Source of the DNA: a virus
Taxonomy: Duplodnaviria > Heunggongvirae > Uroviricota > Caudoviricetes
Virus record (IMG/VR): IMGVR_UViG_3300014205_000001
Span: 64,001 to 128,000 of that record
Length of the DNA stretch: 64,000 nucleotides
Direction: 5' to 3' (one strand)
Below the pieces are notes generated by a model. It was not told the DNA's origin. It made no database searches and saw only the letters and a list, made by a program, of their open reading frames with translations. Each line of letters opens with the position of its first letter. Within the stretch, counting starts at the first letter, position 1. Made by a program: the position numbers and the translations under genes. This document shows, in pieces, positions 1 through 9,252 of the stretch.

Positions 1-1223
1 CTATTTTCTAACGTTGTACCTTGGACAGCATAATTTACTTCTGTCCAATTTTTTGCAGTTGCAACTAAACTACTCCAACGATTAGATTGTACACTAGCAC
101 CCACACCTTCAGTTGTTGAATCTCCAAAGAAATGTGATTGTTTATTTACACGACCTAATTTCAATTGATAATCAAAAATAATATTATAATATAAATTTGC
201 TTCAGATGGTGATAAACCATCTAAAAAATGACCTTGTTGTAATTCTTTACTATCAAAGAATCCTGGTGTACCACCATTATTTAATGCACCATAATAAAAA
301 TTAGAATTTAATACAGTTGCAGCTTGAGTAGTTGTACCTACACTGACACCTTGACGGTAGCCTGTGACTTGAGTAGCACTTAAAATATTTAACCAATAAG
401 CACCTAAACCATTTGCATCATTTGCATAAATAGTATAATCATCTGTTGTAAAATGAAAATGTCCACCATAATTAGAAAATACTGCCCATGTATCATCGTT
501 TCCTGCATTTGATGCTCCCAATTCTACTCCTGATGCTCCTAACATTGAACCATTAAAACGTCCAAAGTTTAAATTACTAGCATTTAAATCTGTAGGTTTA
601 ATACCAATATCTCCATACGCATTTGTACCATTAGGTCTTGCACCTGTACGACTATGAACCCAACCACCTTGAAAGTTAATTTGATAAGTTGCTGGATTTT
701 TTAAATTGAATTTATGTGTAAAAGCAGTACCACCTATAATCGGATGAAAAATTCTTAAATTTTTATCTGTCCAAAAATTTGTAATAGTATTTAGTGTTCC
801 TTGCCCTTTAAGTTCTTTTACTAAATCTGAAATTATTGTCCATAATTGTGCACCAGTTTTTTCTTGAGGTGTACCTGTATAAAAAATTGTTGAATCATTA
901 GGAATACCTGTTGCAGTCATAAATGTAATTGCGTCAGAATCTAAAGGTTCAATATCGATTTCTTTTAAATAGGGAATTGATTTAATAGGAGCAATTCCAT
1001 TGCTATATAAATTTTCAACAACTGATGTTATTCCTGATAATTTTCGAATATTATCTTTTAATAAAATTTCACTACCATTATTAAATACCATATCTGTTGA
1101 AATACGGTAACGTAATGATTTAGTTTGTAATGTAGTCGCAATTGGCTTTTTAAAAAATTCAATATATTCTCCATCCCAGATAGAATCAAAATAAGTTTTA
1201 AGAAATTTCAGTTTATTAGTCAT
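1..1223 (-). CDS. Putative tail fibre/receptor-binding protein, runs off the window edge; N-terminal paralog of 25618..27975
   Basis: Not in the ORF track. Manual translation from ATG 1223: MTNKLKFLKTYFDSIWDGEYIEFFKKPIATTLQTKSLRYRISTD...NNGSEILLKDNIR...LYSNGIAPIKSIPYLK, nearly the same as the first ~90 aa of 25618. TAATATATA late motif at 1250-1258 (-). Confidence 0.65.
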   Translation of the reverse strand, partial: MTNKLKFLKTYFDSIWDGEYIEFFKKPIATTLQTKSLRYRISTDMVFNNGSEILLKDNIRKLSGITSVVENLYSNGIAPIKSIPYLKEIDIEPLDSDAITFMTATGIPNDSTIFYTGTPQEKTGAQLWTIISDLVKELKGQGTLNTITNFWTDKNLRIFHPIIGGTAFTHKFNLKNPATYQINFQGGWVHSRTGARPNGTNAYGDIGIKPTDLNASNLNFGRFNGSMLGASGVELGASNAGNDDTWAVFSNYGGHFHFTTDDYTIYANDANGLGAYWLNILSATQVTGYRQGVSVGTTTQAATVLNSNFYYGALNNGGTPGFFDSKELQQGHFLDGLSPSEANLYYNIIFDYQLKLGRVNKQSHFFGDSTTEGVGASVQSNRWSSLVATAKNWTEVNYAVQGTTLEN

Positions 1224-1300
1224 GTCATATAAGGCGTTTAATCCTATACTATATATTAAGTTTTCAAAAAAGATTCGAAATACATATAATTGTATCAGAT

Positions 1301-1777
1301 ATGTCAATGATTAACCCTTATGAAAATTTTGAAATGTGTACTTCCCCAATAATCCGTGCTTTAGAACGAACGTGGGATAAAAGTAAAAAGAAAAAATGGG
1401 ATTGTATTTACATTGCAGTCGACATTCACGATACAATAGTGTACGGAAATTACGATACAACGAAACTACCAAAAACATTTTGTCCACAAGCAAAAGAAAC
1501 ATTACAATTCCTTTCAAATCGTAAGGATATTGTATTATTTCTATATACATGTAGTCATAAACATGAAATTGTCAAATATGAACAATTTTTTAAAGAAAAT
1601 GGCATCACTTTTCAATCTACGAATAAAAATCCAGCAGTTTCCAGTAATGATTTAGGTTGTTATGATGATAAACCTTATTTTAATTTATTATTGGATGATA
1701 AAGCCGGATTTGATTGTGAAACAGATTGGTTTCATATTTATAATTGGTTTCACAAGAAAAAAGAATATTTATTCTAA
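1301..1777 (+). CDS. HAD-superfamily hydrolase-like phage protein
   Basis: IAVDIHDTI (motif I-like), LYTCS (motif II), LLDDKAGF (motif IV). Confidence 0.65.
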   Translation: MSMINPYENFEMCTSPIIRALERTWDKSKKKKWDCIYIAVDIHDTIVYGNYDTTKLPKTFCPQAKETLQFLSNRKDIVLFLYTCSHKHEIVKYEQFFKENGITFQSTNKNPAVSSNDLGCYDDKPYFNLLLDDKAGFDCETDWFHIYNWFHKKKEYLF

Positions 1778-2430
1778 TGCAAATACAACTCACAAAATTT
1801 GTTCAACGTCAATGGGACAAAAAGTTCGCAGGAACAAAATTGGACATGTGGCAAGAAGATTTCATTAAACATGTAAATGAATTTTATCCAGATATTAAAT
1901 CTGAATTGTATTCATCTCAAAACGATTTTTGTAAATATTTATATTTTGAAAATCCTTATCCTTCCATTAAAAAAGCTGTTATTAAAATTGATCATACAAT
2001 TTATCCTTACATTCAATCAGGATATAGTTCTAGGACTCCCGAAGAACTCGCAGTATTAAGTAGATGGGTTTCATTTCCACATAAAAGTTATCCACTCCCT
2101 ACAGCTGAGTATATTGGTTTAGTCTTATATACTCGTGAACAATTATTAAAAGAACATAACGAACAATTTCCACCTGCTGATTATAAATCAAATTCACCTT
2201 GGTCAGATAAAACTGTCATGATGCAACCCACTTTTGAATTGACAGAAGAATGTGAATATGGAATTGTTGCAATTATGGGTTTAGGTCAACCTGAAATGGA
2301 CCCAATGCCTCCAATCACTCATTTGCGCAATGCTTTAGGTGGTGTCGAAGGTGGAAATGGTGTACCAATTAATAAAGAAGAATACGAAAAAAGTGTGAAG
2401 TTCTGGTCAGAACACATACTTGTTAAATAG
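1777..2430 (+). CDS. DUF3228-like conserved protein
   Basis: SGYSSRTPEELAVLSRW, LVLYTREQL and PMPPITHLRNALG..GGNGVPINKEEYEKSVKFW motifs. Likely start is ATG 1777, overlapping the upstream stop. Confidence 0.75.
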   Translation: MQIQLTKFVQRQWDKKFAGTKLDMWQEDFIKHVNEFYPDIKSELYSSQNDFCKYLYFENPYPSIKKAVIKIDHTIYPYIQSGYSSRTPEELAVLSRWVSFPHKSYPLPTAEYIGLVLYTREQLLKEHNEQFPPADYKSNSPWSDKTVMMQPTFELTEECEYGIVAIMGLGQPEMDPMPPITHLRNALGGVEGGNGVPINKEEYEKSVKFWSEHILVK

Positions 2431-2471
2431 AAGCTGGACAGTCTTCTCCCTGTCCCTCGCCAAATAAAAGC

Positions 2472-2501
2472 AAAAAGCCAATCCGAAGGGATTGGCTTTT
2501 T
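2472..2501 (+). terminator. Rho-independent terminator
   Basis: AAAAAGCCAATCC-GAAG-GGATTGGCTTTTT hairpin with T tract. Confidence 0.85.
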
Positions 2502-2520
2502 AGTTTATAAGTGATGTTTT

Positions 2521-2529
2521 TAATATATA
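2521..2529 (+). promoter_or_regulatory. Late-promoter-like motif TAATATATA (representative copy)
   Basis: The same 9-mer lies just upstream of starts at 2521, 11301, 13222, 15353, 21973, 22232, 24112, 25605 (+) and 1250, 6349, 32144, 36327, 36787 (-). Analogous to the T4 late promoter TATAAATA. Confidence 0.7.
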
Positions 2530-2550
2530 ACTAAAAATACACTTATTACA

Positions 2551-2883
2551 ATGCTTAATGGCTTTTTTGTAGATATTATACCTGCTGCAACTCCAGGTAA
2601 TGCCAATTTTACTTCTGATGCAGTAAATGGTTTAAGTTTCAATTGGGTTGCTGTACAAGTCGTTGCATCTTCATTAGATACTGGTGATGGCGCACTTAAA
2701 TTACAAGATAGTTTAGATGGTACTAATTGGAATGACATTCCGGGAGTAATCACTGTAGGAATTGGTGCATCATCGAATATGATTCGTTATACAACTTTTA
2801 CAGGTGCATATATTCGTGTTGTATGGTTAAAAGGTACTAATACAACGGGTACTGTAACAGGAAAATTATTATTTAAGAAATAA
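2551..2883 (+). CDS. Small beta-rich virion protein (putative)
   Basis: Gly/Thr-rich with LQDSLDGTNW..YIRVVW jelly-roll-like pattern; behind a late motif. Confidence 0.45.
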   Translation: MLNGFFVDIIPAATPGNANFTSDAVNGLSFNWVAVQVVASSLDTGDGALKLQDSLDGTNWNDIPGVITVGIGASSNMIRYTTFTGAYIRVVWLKGTNTTGTVTGKLLFKK

Positions 2884-3359
2884 TGAATAATCAAATTAAT
2901 ATTGATCAAGCATCAAATAACACCTACGGTACGTTTACTCTTAATTTTACGGGTAATGGTGCAGGATATACTGCTGGTGATTTTCTTGAAGCTATAAAAA
3001 CTGTTACGATAAATGGTTTAGGTGGTAAATTCATCCAAATAATTGATGCATGCTATTTAAATTCAGCAACAACAGGGGCTTCAATAAATTTAATCTTTTG
3101 TGCTTCCTCACCTGCTGGAACCTTTAATAATAATTCTGCTGCAAATATTACGTATGCAACAGATGTAATTCGTGGTGTTGTTCCAATTTCAGGTGCAGTT
3201 TCAACTGCTGCTGGTGCGACTCCTGGTCATACTTCTGCAGGATTGATGAATAAAATTATTTATATTGATGCAGATACATTTTATATTTTACCTATCACAC
3301 AAGGTGCAGCAACAATTAACTCGTTAAATATACGTGTAACATATAAAATCGTACAATAA
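2883..3359 (+). CDS. Putative virion protein, paralog A
   Basis: Shares GxxYxxGD..KTVTINGLGGKFIQIIDA..GTF..N..Y..D..RG.V..IYIDADTF..IRVTYKI with the next gene. Confidence 0.5.
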   Translation: MNNQINIDQASNNTYGTFTLNFTGNGAGYTAGDFLEAIKTVTINGLGGKFIQIIDACYLNSATTGASINLIFCASSPAGTFNNNSAANITYATDVIRGVVPISGAVSTAAGATPGHTSAGLMNKIIYIDADTFYILPITQGAATINSLNIRVTYKIVQ

Positions 3360-3361
3360 TT

Positions 3362-3805
3362 ATGGAAACTTATCATATCTTACAATATTCACTCGTTGGT
3401 AGTGGCGTAAATTATTTATCAGGTGATGCTGTTGATACAGTAAAATCTGTAACAGTTAATGGTTTAGGTGGAAAATATATTGAAATACTTGATGCAGTAT
3501 TACTTAACGCTAACGCTTCTGCTGTCAATATGTCGGTTGTATTTTTTGGTTCAGTAGTTCCTACTGGAACTTTTACAGATAATAGTCCAGTAAATTTAAA
3601 TTATGTTGCAGATATTTTACGAGGCACAGTTACAATTTCCAGTTTTATTAATGGTACAGGTGCTTTCATCGCACACACAGGAACAGGAATTACGAATCGT
3701 ATTGTTTATATTGATTCTGATACTTTTTCAATTTTAAATATTGCACAAGCGTCAGGTACTGTAAATAATATGCAAATTCGTATTACTTACAAAATTTTAC
3801 AGTAA
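3362..3805 (+). CDS. Putative virion protein, paralog B
   Basis: Full-length similarity to 2883..3359. Confidence 0.5.
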   Translation: METYHILQYSLVGSGVNYLSGDAVDTVKSVTVNGLGGKYIEILDAVLLNANASAVNMSVVFFGSVVPTGTFTDNSPVNLNYVADILRGTVTISSFINGTGAFIAHTGTGITNRIVYIDSDTFSILNIAQASGTVNNMQIRITYKILQ

Positions 3806-3832
3806 AAATCTATTTGCTTTGATATATAATCT

Positions 3833-4447
3833 ATGACTATAGATCAAGTATTAATTGCCGCAGGCGCCGTACTCACTACCTGGATATTTAATAACACTAA
3901 ATTAAAAGATGGAATCACTGATTGGTTCGTCAAGTTTATTGGTCGTGATAAATTTGAAATCAAAAATCATACAGTAACACAAACATTACGTGCATTAAAA
4001 TTCGAATCCAAACTTACAGAATACGATAACAAACTTAAAACAGAACTCTTTCATTTCTATATTGAAGTTGTATTAAATACAATGGGTGATCTTGTGAATA
4101 AAATTCTAAGTGATGAAACAGGTCTATCGTTAGAAGATACAAAAAAATTAATTAAAAACATTATGTACGATAAATTATTGTACATCAATACTGAATTAGA
4201 TACAAAAATTAAAATGCCGGATGCATTACAAAACAAATTCGATCGTTTTACTAATTATCTTAATATGCAACATACGTATGCGATTGAAAACGCATTACAA
4301 TCCACTAGTAAAAAAATCTTATTAATTCAAGTTTTAGATGCAATTGAAACTAACAGCCGTTGGTTTTTATTCTACAATACTGAAATGTTTGATAATTTTA
4401 ATGGTCATTTTGATTCAATTACACGGAAAGACGTATTCAAACGTTAA
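3833..4447 (+). CDS. Hypothetical protein with N-terminal hydrophobic helix
   Basis: VLIAAGAVLTTWIF N-terminal segment followed by a soluble helical body. Confidence 0.4.
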   Translation: MTIDQVLIAAGAVLTTWIFNNTKLKDGITDWFVKFIGRDKFEIKNHTVTQTLRALKFESKLTEYDNKLKTELFHFYIEVVLNTMGDLVNKILSDETGLSLEDTKKLIKNIMYDKLLYINTELDTKIKMPDALQNKFDRFTNYLNMQHTYAIENALQSTSKKILLIQVLDAIETNSRWFLFYNTEMFDNFNGHFDSITRKDVFKR

Positions 4448-4451
4448 TATT

Positions 4452-4479
4452 TAAACATTCATATTTTTCAATCATATAA
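4452..4479 (+). promoter_or_regulatory. Bipartite promoter TAAAC-N17-ATATAA (representative copy)
   Basis: Exact 17-bp spacing at 4452, 6360, 7655, 17527, 28484, 36804 and 38758; ATATAT variant at 29731. All are intergenic or just upstream of starts. Confidence 0.7.
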
Positions 4480-4499
4480 ACAATAAAATATTGATTGAT

Positions 4500-4991
4500 A
4501 TGAAAAATTACGAATTATTCGAAGTAACACAACGCTTAGGTACAGTTCTACCTACTTTGGAAAAATTGAAAGGTCCTAAATTCCACTATGCTTTGTTAAA
4601 AAACATCGATCTTCTACAAAAAGAAATCGAACTAATCCAAACTAAAGGCAAACCTTCTGAAAAATTTCTAGAATATGAAAAAGCACGTGTTGCTCTGTGT
4701 GAACAATTTTGCGCTAAAGACGAAAAAGGCGAAAATTTAAAACGTGACATTGGGAATGGTCAATTTGAATACGATATTGATACTACATCTGAATCATGGA
4801 AATTAGCAATTGAAGTATTAAAAAGCAACAATAAAGAATTAATTGCTGAACGTGATCAACAAGTTGAAATGTTTAATCAAATGTTAGATGTAGAATCTAG
4901 TTTAACGTTTCATTTAATTAAAGTAGAAGATTTACCTTCAGATATTAATGGGGAACAAATGCAAGCTTTGAAAAATTTTATTCAAGACTAA
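4500..4991 (+). CDS. Hypothetical phage protein
   Basis: Intact ORF; ATG 4500 follows the promoter motif. Confidence 0.55.
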   Translation: MKNYELFEVTQRLGTVLPTLEKLKGPKFHYALLKNIDLLQKEIELIQTKGKPSEKFLEYEKARVALCEQFCAKDEKGENLKRDIGNGQFEYDIDTTSESWKLAIEVLKSNNKELIAERDQQVEMFNQMLDVESSLTFHLIKVEDLPSDINGEQMQALKNFIQD

Positions 4992-5010
4992 TTATTCATA
5001 TAATTGTAAT

Positions 5011-5571
5011 ATGGATTTAGTAAAAAATAGTAAAAGAATGTCGAAACTTCTTCGGCATGACCCACATCCTTTAACAATGGATAATAAAGGATGGATGAAT
5101 GTGAATGATTTAATTAATTACTTACATATCACTGCTGAGGATTTAGATACGATCGTGCAAACGAATGATAAGAAACGTTTTATGTTTAATGATGATAAAA
5201 CATTGATTCGTGCAACTCAAGGTCATAGTGAAGGTGTAGCACCTGATAAAGAACATCAACAAATAAAATTAGCAACTCAAGGTACTATTTTATATCATGG
5301 AACTGATGATGTGACAGCTGAATTAATAAAGAAAGATAAAATACTCCCAGGTAAACGACAATTTGTACATTGGACTGCTGATCGTTCATTGGCAGAGAAA
5401 CGTGCTAGACAACGTCAACAACATAATAAAACGTTACCGGTTCTTGTTACATTACATGCACAATCATATTTAAATGGTAAGGGTAAATTATATTTAGCAG
5501 AGAACGATGTGTATCTTACACCTGAAATCGAAGGAACTAAATTAGGTTTCATTTTTATTTCTGGTAAATAA
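5011..5571 (+). CDS. kptA: RNA 2'-phosphotransferase (Tpt1/KptA family)
   Basis: SKRMSKLLRH, NDKKRF, IRATQGHS, LYHGT and RQFVH signature motifs. Confidence 0.92.
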   Translation: MDLVKNSKRMSKLLRHDPHPLTMDNKGWMNVNDLINYLHITAEDLDTIVQTNDKKRFMFNDDKTLIRATQGHSEGVAPDKEHQQIKLATQGTILYHGTDDVTAELIKKDKILPGKRQFVHWTADRSLAEKRARQRQQHNKTLPVLVTLHAQSYLNGKGKLYLAENDVYLTPEIEGTKLGFIFISGK

Positions 5572-5606
5572 AGTATATAATTGTAATAACTAAAAAACGA
5601 ATCTAT

Positions 5607-5849
5607 ATGTCATCTATTATCTTCAAAAAAACTGCTTCAGAAAAAGCGACGTTAAAAGTAATCAAAAGAAAATTCAACATGGAAAAACGTCATATTCCTG
5701 CTTACAATGGTAAAAGGGGGATGATGTTAGGATTAACAATCAGTTCGTCAAAACTGGATTTGTTTAGCAAAACTGATAAAACAGTTTTCATCAAATTGAA
5801 CGAATTGCTAAAAATGCAAGAAACTGTAGAAGCTTTATCTTTTAACTAA
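5607..5849 (+). CDS. Small basic hypothetical protein
   Basis: ORF with an upstream ATATAATTGTA motif and a downstream terminator. Confidence 0.5.
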   Translation: MSSIIFKKTASEKATLKVIKRKFNMEKRHIPAYNGKRGMMLGLTISSSKLDLFSKTDKTVFIKLNELLKMQETVEALSFN

Positions 5850-5861
5850 TAAGTTCTAAAC

Positions 5862-5894
5862 AAAAAAGCCGAATCAATTGATTCGGCTTTTTTT
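5862..5894. terminator. Bidirectional terminator
   Basis: AAAAAAGCCGAATC-AATT-GATTCGGCTTTTTTT between convergent genes. Confidence 0.85.
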
Positions 5895-5908
5895 ATGCGT
5901 TATGCTAA

Positions 5909-6322
5909 TTATTTTTTAGGTTTAACTACAGCAGTTTTCTTTTTCTTATCTTCTTCTTCTTTCTTTTTCTTTGCTTCATTCATTTTTTTGAATTGTTCAA
6001 ATGAAGGACAAAAACCTTCTGCCATTTCGTCGTCTGTGATTTCTTGATTTTCACCTTCGTTTCCTTCACCTGGTTCAGGTGTTTCAATTGGAGGTTGTGA
6101 ACCATCATCTTCAGGACTTGAACCTGTATCATCAGGATTATCTGTCGATGCTGTATCTTCTGCTGAAGGCATATCTACTGCATCAGGTGCAGCGTTTGCA
6201 TCAGTTGATTGCGCAAAAGTATTATTGGATAATTCCTTACCACTTGCATCTAATACTTTAACAACCATATTTGTGTCTTCAGTATTAATTTCAATGTCGA
6301 AACCGTTAATCTGTATTTTCAT
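5909..6322 (-). CDS. Acidic low-complexity late protein
   Basis: Start MKIQING at 6322, downstream of TAATATATA (6349-6357); acidic linker, SFEQFKKMNE and a Lys-rich tail. Confidence 0.6.
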   Translation of the reverse strand: MKIQINGFDIEINTEDTNMVVKVLDASGKELSNNTFAQSTDANAAPDAVDMPSAEDTASTDNPDDTGSSPEDDGSQPPIETPEPGEGNEGENQEITDDEMAEGFCPSFEQFKKMNEAKKKKEEEDKKKKTAVVKPKK

Positions 6323-6409
6323 TTTAAGTATCTTAAATTTGTATAAAGTATATATTAAATAAACAATTACGTTTTTCAAGAATATAAAATCAAAAATACT
6401 ATCATTCTT

Positions 6410-7084
6410 ATGACCAATTTTGATAAATTCGCAAAGAATCGAATTTCCAGTACAAGTTTATCTCATTATAAACAACGACAACAAAAGATGTTACCTTCAA
6501 TGTTAACACCGATGGTGATCGAAGAACGCCAATCTAATTCATCTATCATTTCAGTCTTTGACCGTTTAATGATGGACCGTATTATTTTCTTAGGTGAAGA
6601 AATTGATGATTTTGTAGCTAATACGATTAATGCACAATTATTATTTTTAGATAACGAAGATGAATCATCTCAACCAATTTGGTTGTATATTAACAGCCCG
6701 GGTGGAGAAGTTTATTCAGGGTTAGCAATATACGATACAATGCAAGCCATAAAAACACCTGTGTACACTTGTGTGATGGGTCTAGCAGCTTCTATGGCAT
6801 TCGTATTAGGTGTAGCAGGTGAAAAGAAACATCGTTACGCATTAACTCACAGTAGATTGATGCAACATCAACCTTTAGGTGGAATTAGTTTTAGTCAAGC
6901 ATCTGAAATTGAAATTTATAATAAAGAAATGCAAAATTTACGTACTGATTTAGTAAAAATAATTGCTAATCATACTAAACAAGATTTTGAAAAAGTGTGG
7001 GCTGATTGTGAAAGAGATAATTGGATGACAGCAAAACAAGCTGTGGAATATGGAGCAATTGATAAAATAATTACTAAATTCTAA
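6410..7084 (+). CDS. clpP: ATP-dependent Clp protease proteolytic subunit
   Basis: VFDRLMMDRIIFLG, YINSPGG, GLAASMA (catalytic Ser), MQHQP (His), ERDNWM (Asp). Confidence 0.97.
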   Translation: MTNFDKFAKNRISSTSLSHYKQRQQKMLPSMLTPMVIEERQSNSSIISVFDRLMMDRIIFLGEEIDDFVANTINAQLLFLDNEDESSQPIWLYINSPGGEVYSGLAIYDTMQAIKTPVYTCVMGLAASMAFVLGVAGEKKHRYALTHSRLMQHQPLGGISFSQASEIEIYNKEMQNLRTDLVKIIANHTKQDFEKVWADCERDNWMTAKQAVEYGAIDKIITKF

Positions 7085-7177
7085 AACAAATTAAATACTT
7101 TTTCATATATAAGATACAATACATATAATTGTATTAGGAAATTCAATACTTGTTATTGAAACGTTCATTAATTTTAT

Positions 7178-7572
7178 GGGACTGCTTGGATTTGATTAGG
7201 TTCATTACTGTCGTAATCAGCATGTAGAGATTTGTTAGAATACTCTTTAACTAAACTTTCAAAAGTAAACGCAAACTTAAAAAATAGCTCAGTTCATAAC
7301 AGAATTGCAGCAGACTTAGGTTACACTGCAGAAACTTCGGTTTCAAAAGCTACTCCTGCTATGGTAGCTGAGTTAGTGTAACAGTCAACTCGAAAGAGTC
7401 GTGCACCCAATTAGCAAACAAAGATAATAATTAAATATCTGAAAAATTAATTCCTGCTTTTTAGTTACATGCCAAAAACTAAATATGTGGACGTCCAGAA
7501 ATGACAATCCTAAACATGTAGAAAATTATAATCGTTGCACTTACTACAGGGGTTCGATTCCCCTCAGTTCCA
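7178..7572 (+). ncRNA. ssrA: tmRNA (transfer-messenger RNA)
   Basis: 5' GGGACTG pairs with 3' CAGTTCC-A, giving the G3.U alanine identity wobble and discriminator A. T-arm AGGGG-TTCGATT-CCCCT; internal GCATGTAG and TAAACATGTAG boxes; tag frame from GCA 7271 to TAA 7381. CCA is not encoded. Confidence 0.93.
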
Positions 7573-7615
7573 CTGATCTCTCGTTGTAAGGACACCTCCT
7601 TTAGACTTACAGCAT

Positions 7616-7650
7616 AAAACCCTAACGCTTCAAAAACGTTAGGGTTTTTT
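7616..7650 (+). terminator. Terminator after tmRNA
   Basis: AAAACCCTAACG-loop-CGTTAGGGTTTTTT. Confidence 0.85.
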
Positions 7651-7862
7651 ATTTTAAACTATCCAGTATTAAAAGCATATAATTGTTATGGATAATAAAG
7701 AAAATAAACAAGGTTACGTATGGGTCCCTTGGATTTCAGTATCTGCACCTTATGTAATAGTTTCCGATAAAAAAAGAACTCGTAAAGTTTGGCAAATACC
7801 GTTTCATAAACGTATAATTTATTTAATTAAAAATTTATTTACAAAATCAAAACAATTATAAT

Positions 7863-8672
7863 ATGCTAGGAGCAATAATCGGTGACATCTTAGGGTCTCG
7901 CTTTGAAATGAAAAACAACAAGTCAAAAGTATTTGACTTATTCGATATTGAGTGTCACATGACAGATGATTCAGTATTAACAGTAGCAGTCGCAGACGCA
8001 TTCTTGCATGGCAAAGATTACGCAAATACTATTTATCGTTATGGTAATAAATATCCTGATGCAGGATATGGTGCAAAATTTCGTGATTGGTTAAACAACA
8101 AACAAAATCCTCAACCTTATGGCAGTTGGGCGAATGGTTCAGCAATGCGAATTAGTGCACTCGCTTGGTTAATTGATGATTTAATGGTTTTATTAAACGA
8201 AGTTAAAAAATCTGCTGAAGTAACTCATAATCACATTGAAGGTATCAAAGGCGCACAAGCCATTGCGACTTGTATTTTATTAGCACGTAAAGGTTATAGT
8301 AAACAACAAATCAAATTAAGTATTGAAACAATGTTTAAATATGATTTGGATAATACTTTAGATTATTATCGTCAACAAAAATTTGACGTATCGTGTCAAG
8401 GTTCAGTACCTCAAGCCATTGTATCTTTTTTAGAATCAACAGATTTTGAAGATTGTTTACGTACAGCAATTTCTACTGGTGGTGATTCCGATACTGTTGC
8501 ATCTATGGCTTGCGCAATTGGTGAAGCATTTTATGGTACAGAATCAATTTCTAATGGTACCGCAGCATACATTGAAACATTCATAATACAACATCCACAT
8601 TTTATGTATGTTCTTAGTAAATTTTATCAAACACTTCATGAAAATTCTCAGTTATCTCAAGCAAATTCTTAA
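7863..8672 (+). CDS. ADP-ribosylglycohydrolase (DraG/ARH family)
   Basis: MLGAIIGDILGS, MTDDSVLT, SWANGSAMR, THNH, GGDSDT. Confidence 0.95.
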   Translation: MLGAIIGDILGSRFEMKNNKSKVFDLFDIECHMTDDSVLTVAVADAFLHGKDYANTIYRYGNKYPDAGYGAKFRDWLNNKQNPQPYGSWANGSAMRISALAWLIDDLMVLLNEVKKSAEVTHNHIEGIKGAQAIATCILLARKGYSKQQIKLSIETMFKYDLDNTLDYYRQQKFDVSCQGSVPQAIVSFLESTDFEDCLRTAISTGGDSDTVASMACAIGEAFYGTESISNGTAAYIETFIIQHPHFMYVLSKFYQTLHENSQLSQANS

Positions 8673-9252
8673 TTTTTTACAACCTGCACATTTACAACAT
8701 CCTCAATTTCAATATCGTTTTGAAAGAGTTAAACCAACTAAATCAAAACAAATAATTTATGTTGATTTAGATGGTGTTTGTGCTGATTATCGTAAAATAT
8801 ATTTATCCAGATTAGCACATGACCCGGATAACAAATATCCTCAAGCAACTTATGGTTTCTTTATGGAGATGGAAGAAATCAAAGATGCAATAACAGCCGT
8901 AAAAACATTAGCGGAACATTACGATGTGTGGTTCTTATCAGCGCCATCGCATAGAAATCCTATGTGTTTAGCGGAAAAGAATTATTGGGTACGTAAACAT
9001 TTTGGACCTGAATGGCCCGAACGTTTAATATTAGCGAATGATAAATCATTATTACGTGGAGATTATTTAATTGATGATAATGCTACAGGCAGAAATCAAG
9101 AAAATTTTGAAGGTGTGAAAATCTTATTTGATACTTTTAATCCTATTCCTGCACATATTACACAACAATATATAAAATGTAAAAATTGGATTGAAGTCAT
9201 GGAATTTTTCATGTCCCAATTAGCACAAAATAAAAAGAATACGACAATATAA
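8638..9252 (+). CDS. 5'(3')-deoxyribonucleotidase (NT5C-type HAD)
   Basis: YVDLDGV, LSAP, EKNYWV, DKSLLRGDYLIDD. Confidence 0.88.
   Translation: MKILSYLKQILNFLQPAHLQHPQFQYRFERVKPTKSKQIIYVDLDGVCADYRKIYLSRLAHDPDNKYPQATYGFFMEMEEIKDAITAVKTLAEHYDVWFLSAPSHRNPMCLAEKNYWVRKHFGPEWPERLILANDKSLLRGDYLIDDNATGRNQENFEGVKILFDTFNPIPAHITQQYIKCKNWIEVMEFFMSQLAQNKKNTTI

Noticed and set aside
7540-7572. Stand-alone tRNA gene
   Set aside because: The T-arm and acceptor half pair with 7178-7184 and belong to the tmRNA; there is no anticodon arm.
7573-7615. HDV-like (theta) ribozyme after the tmRNA 3' end
   Set aside because: Only a simple GTTGTAAG/CTTACAGC hairpin is visible; the nested P2/P3 pseudoknot could not be built.
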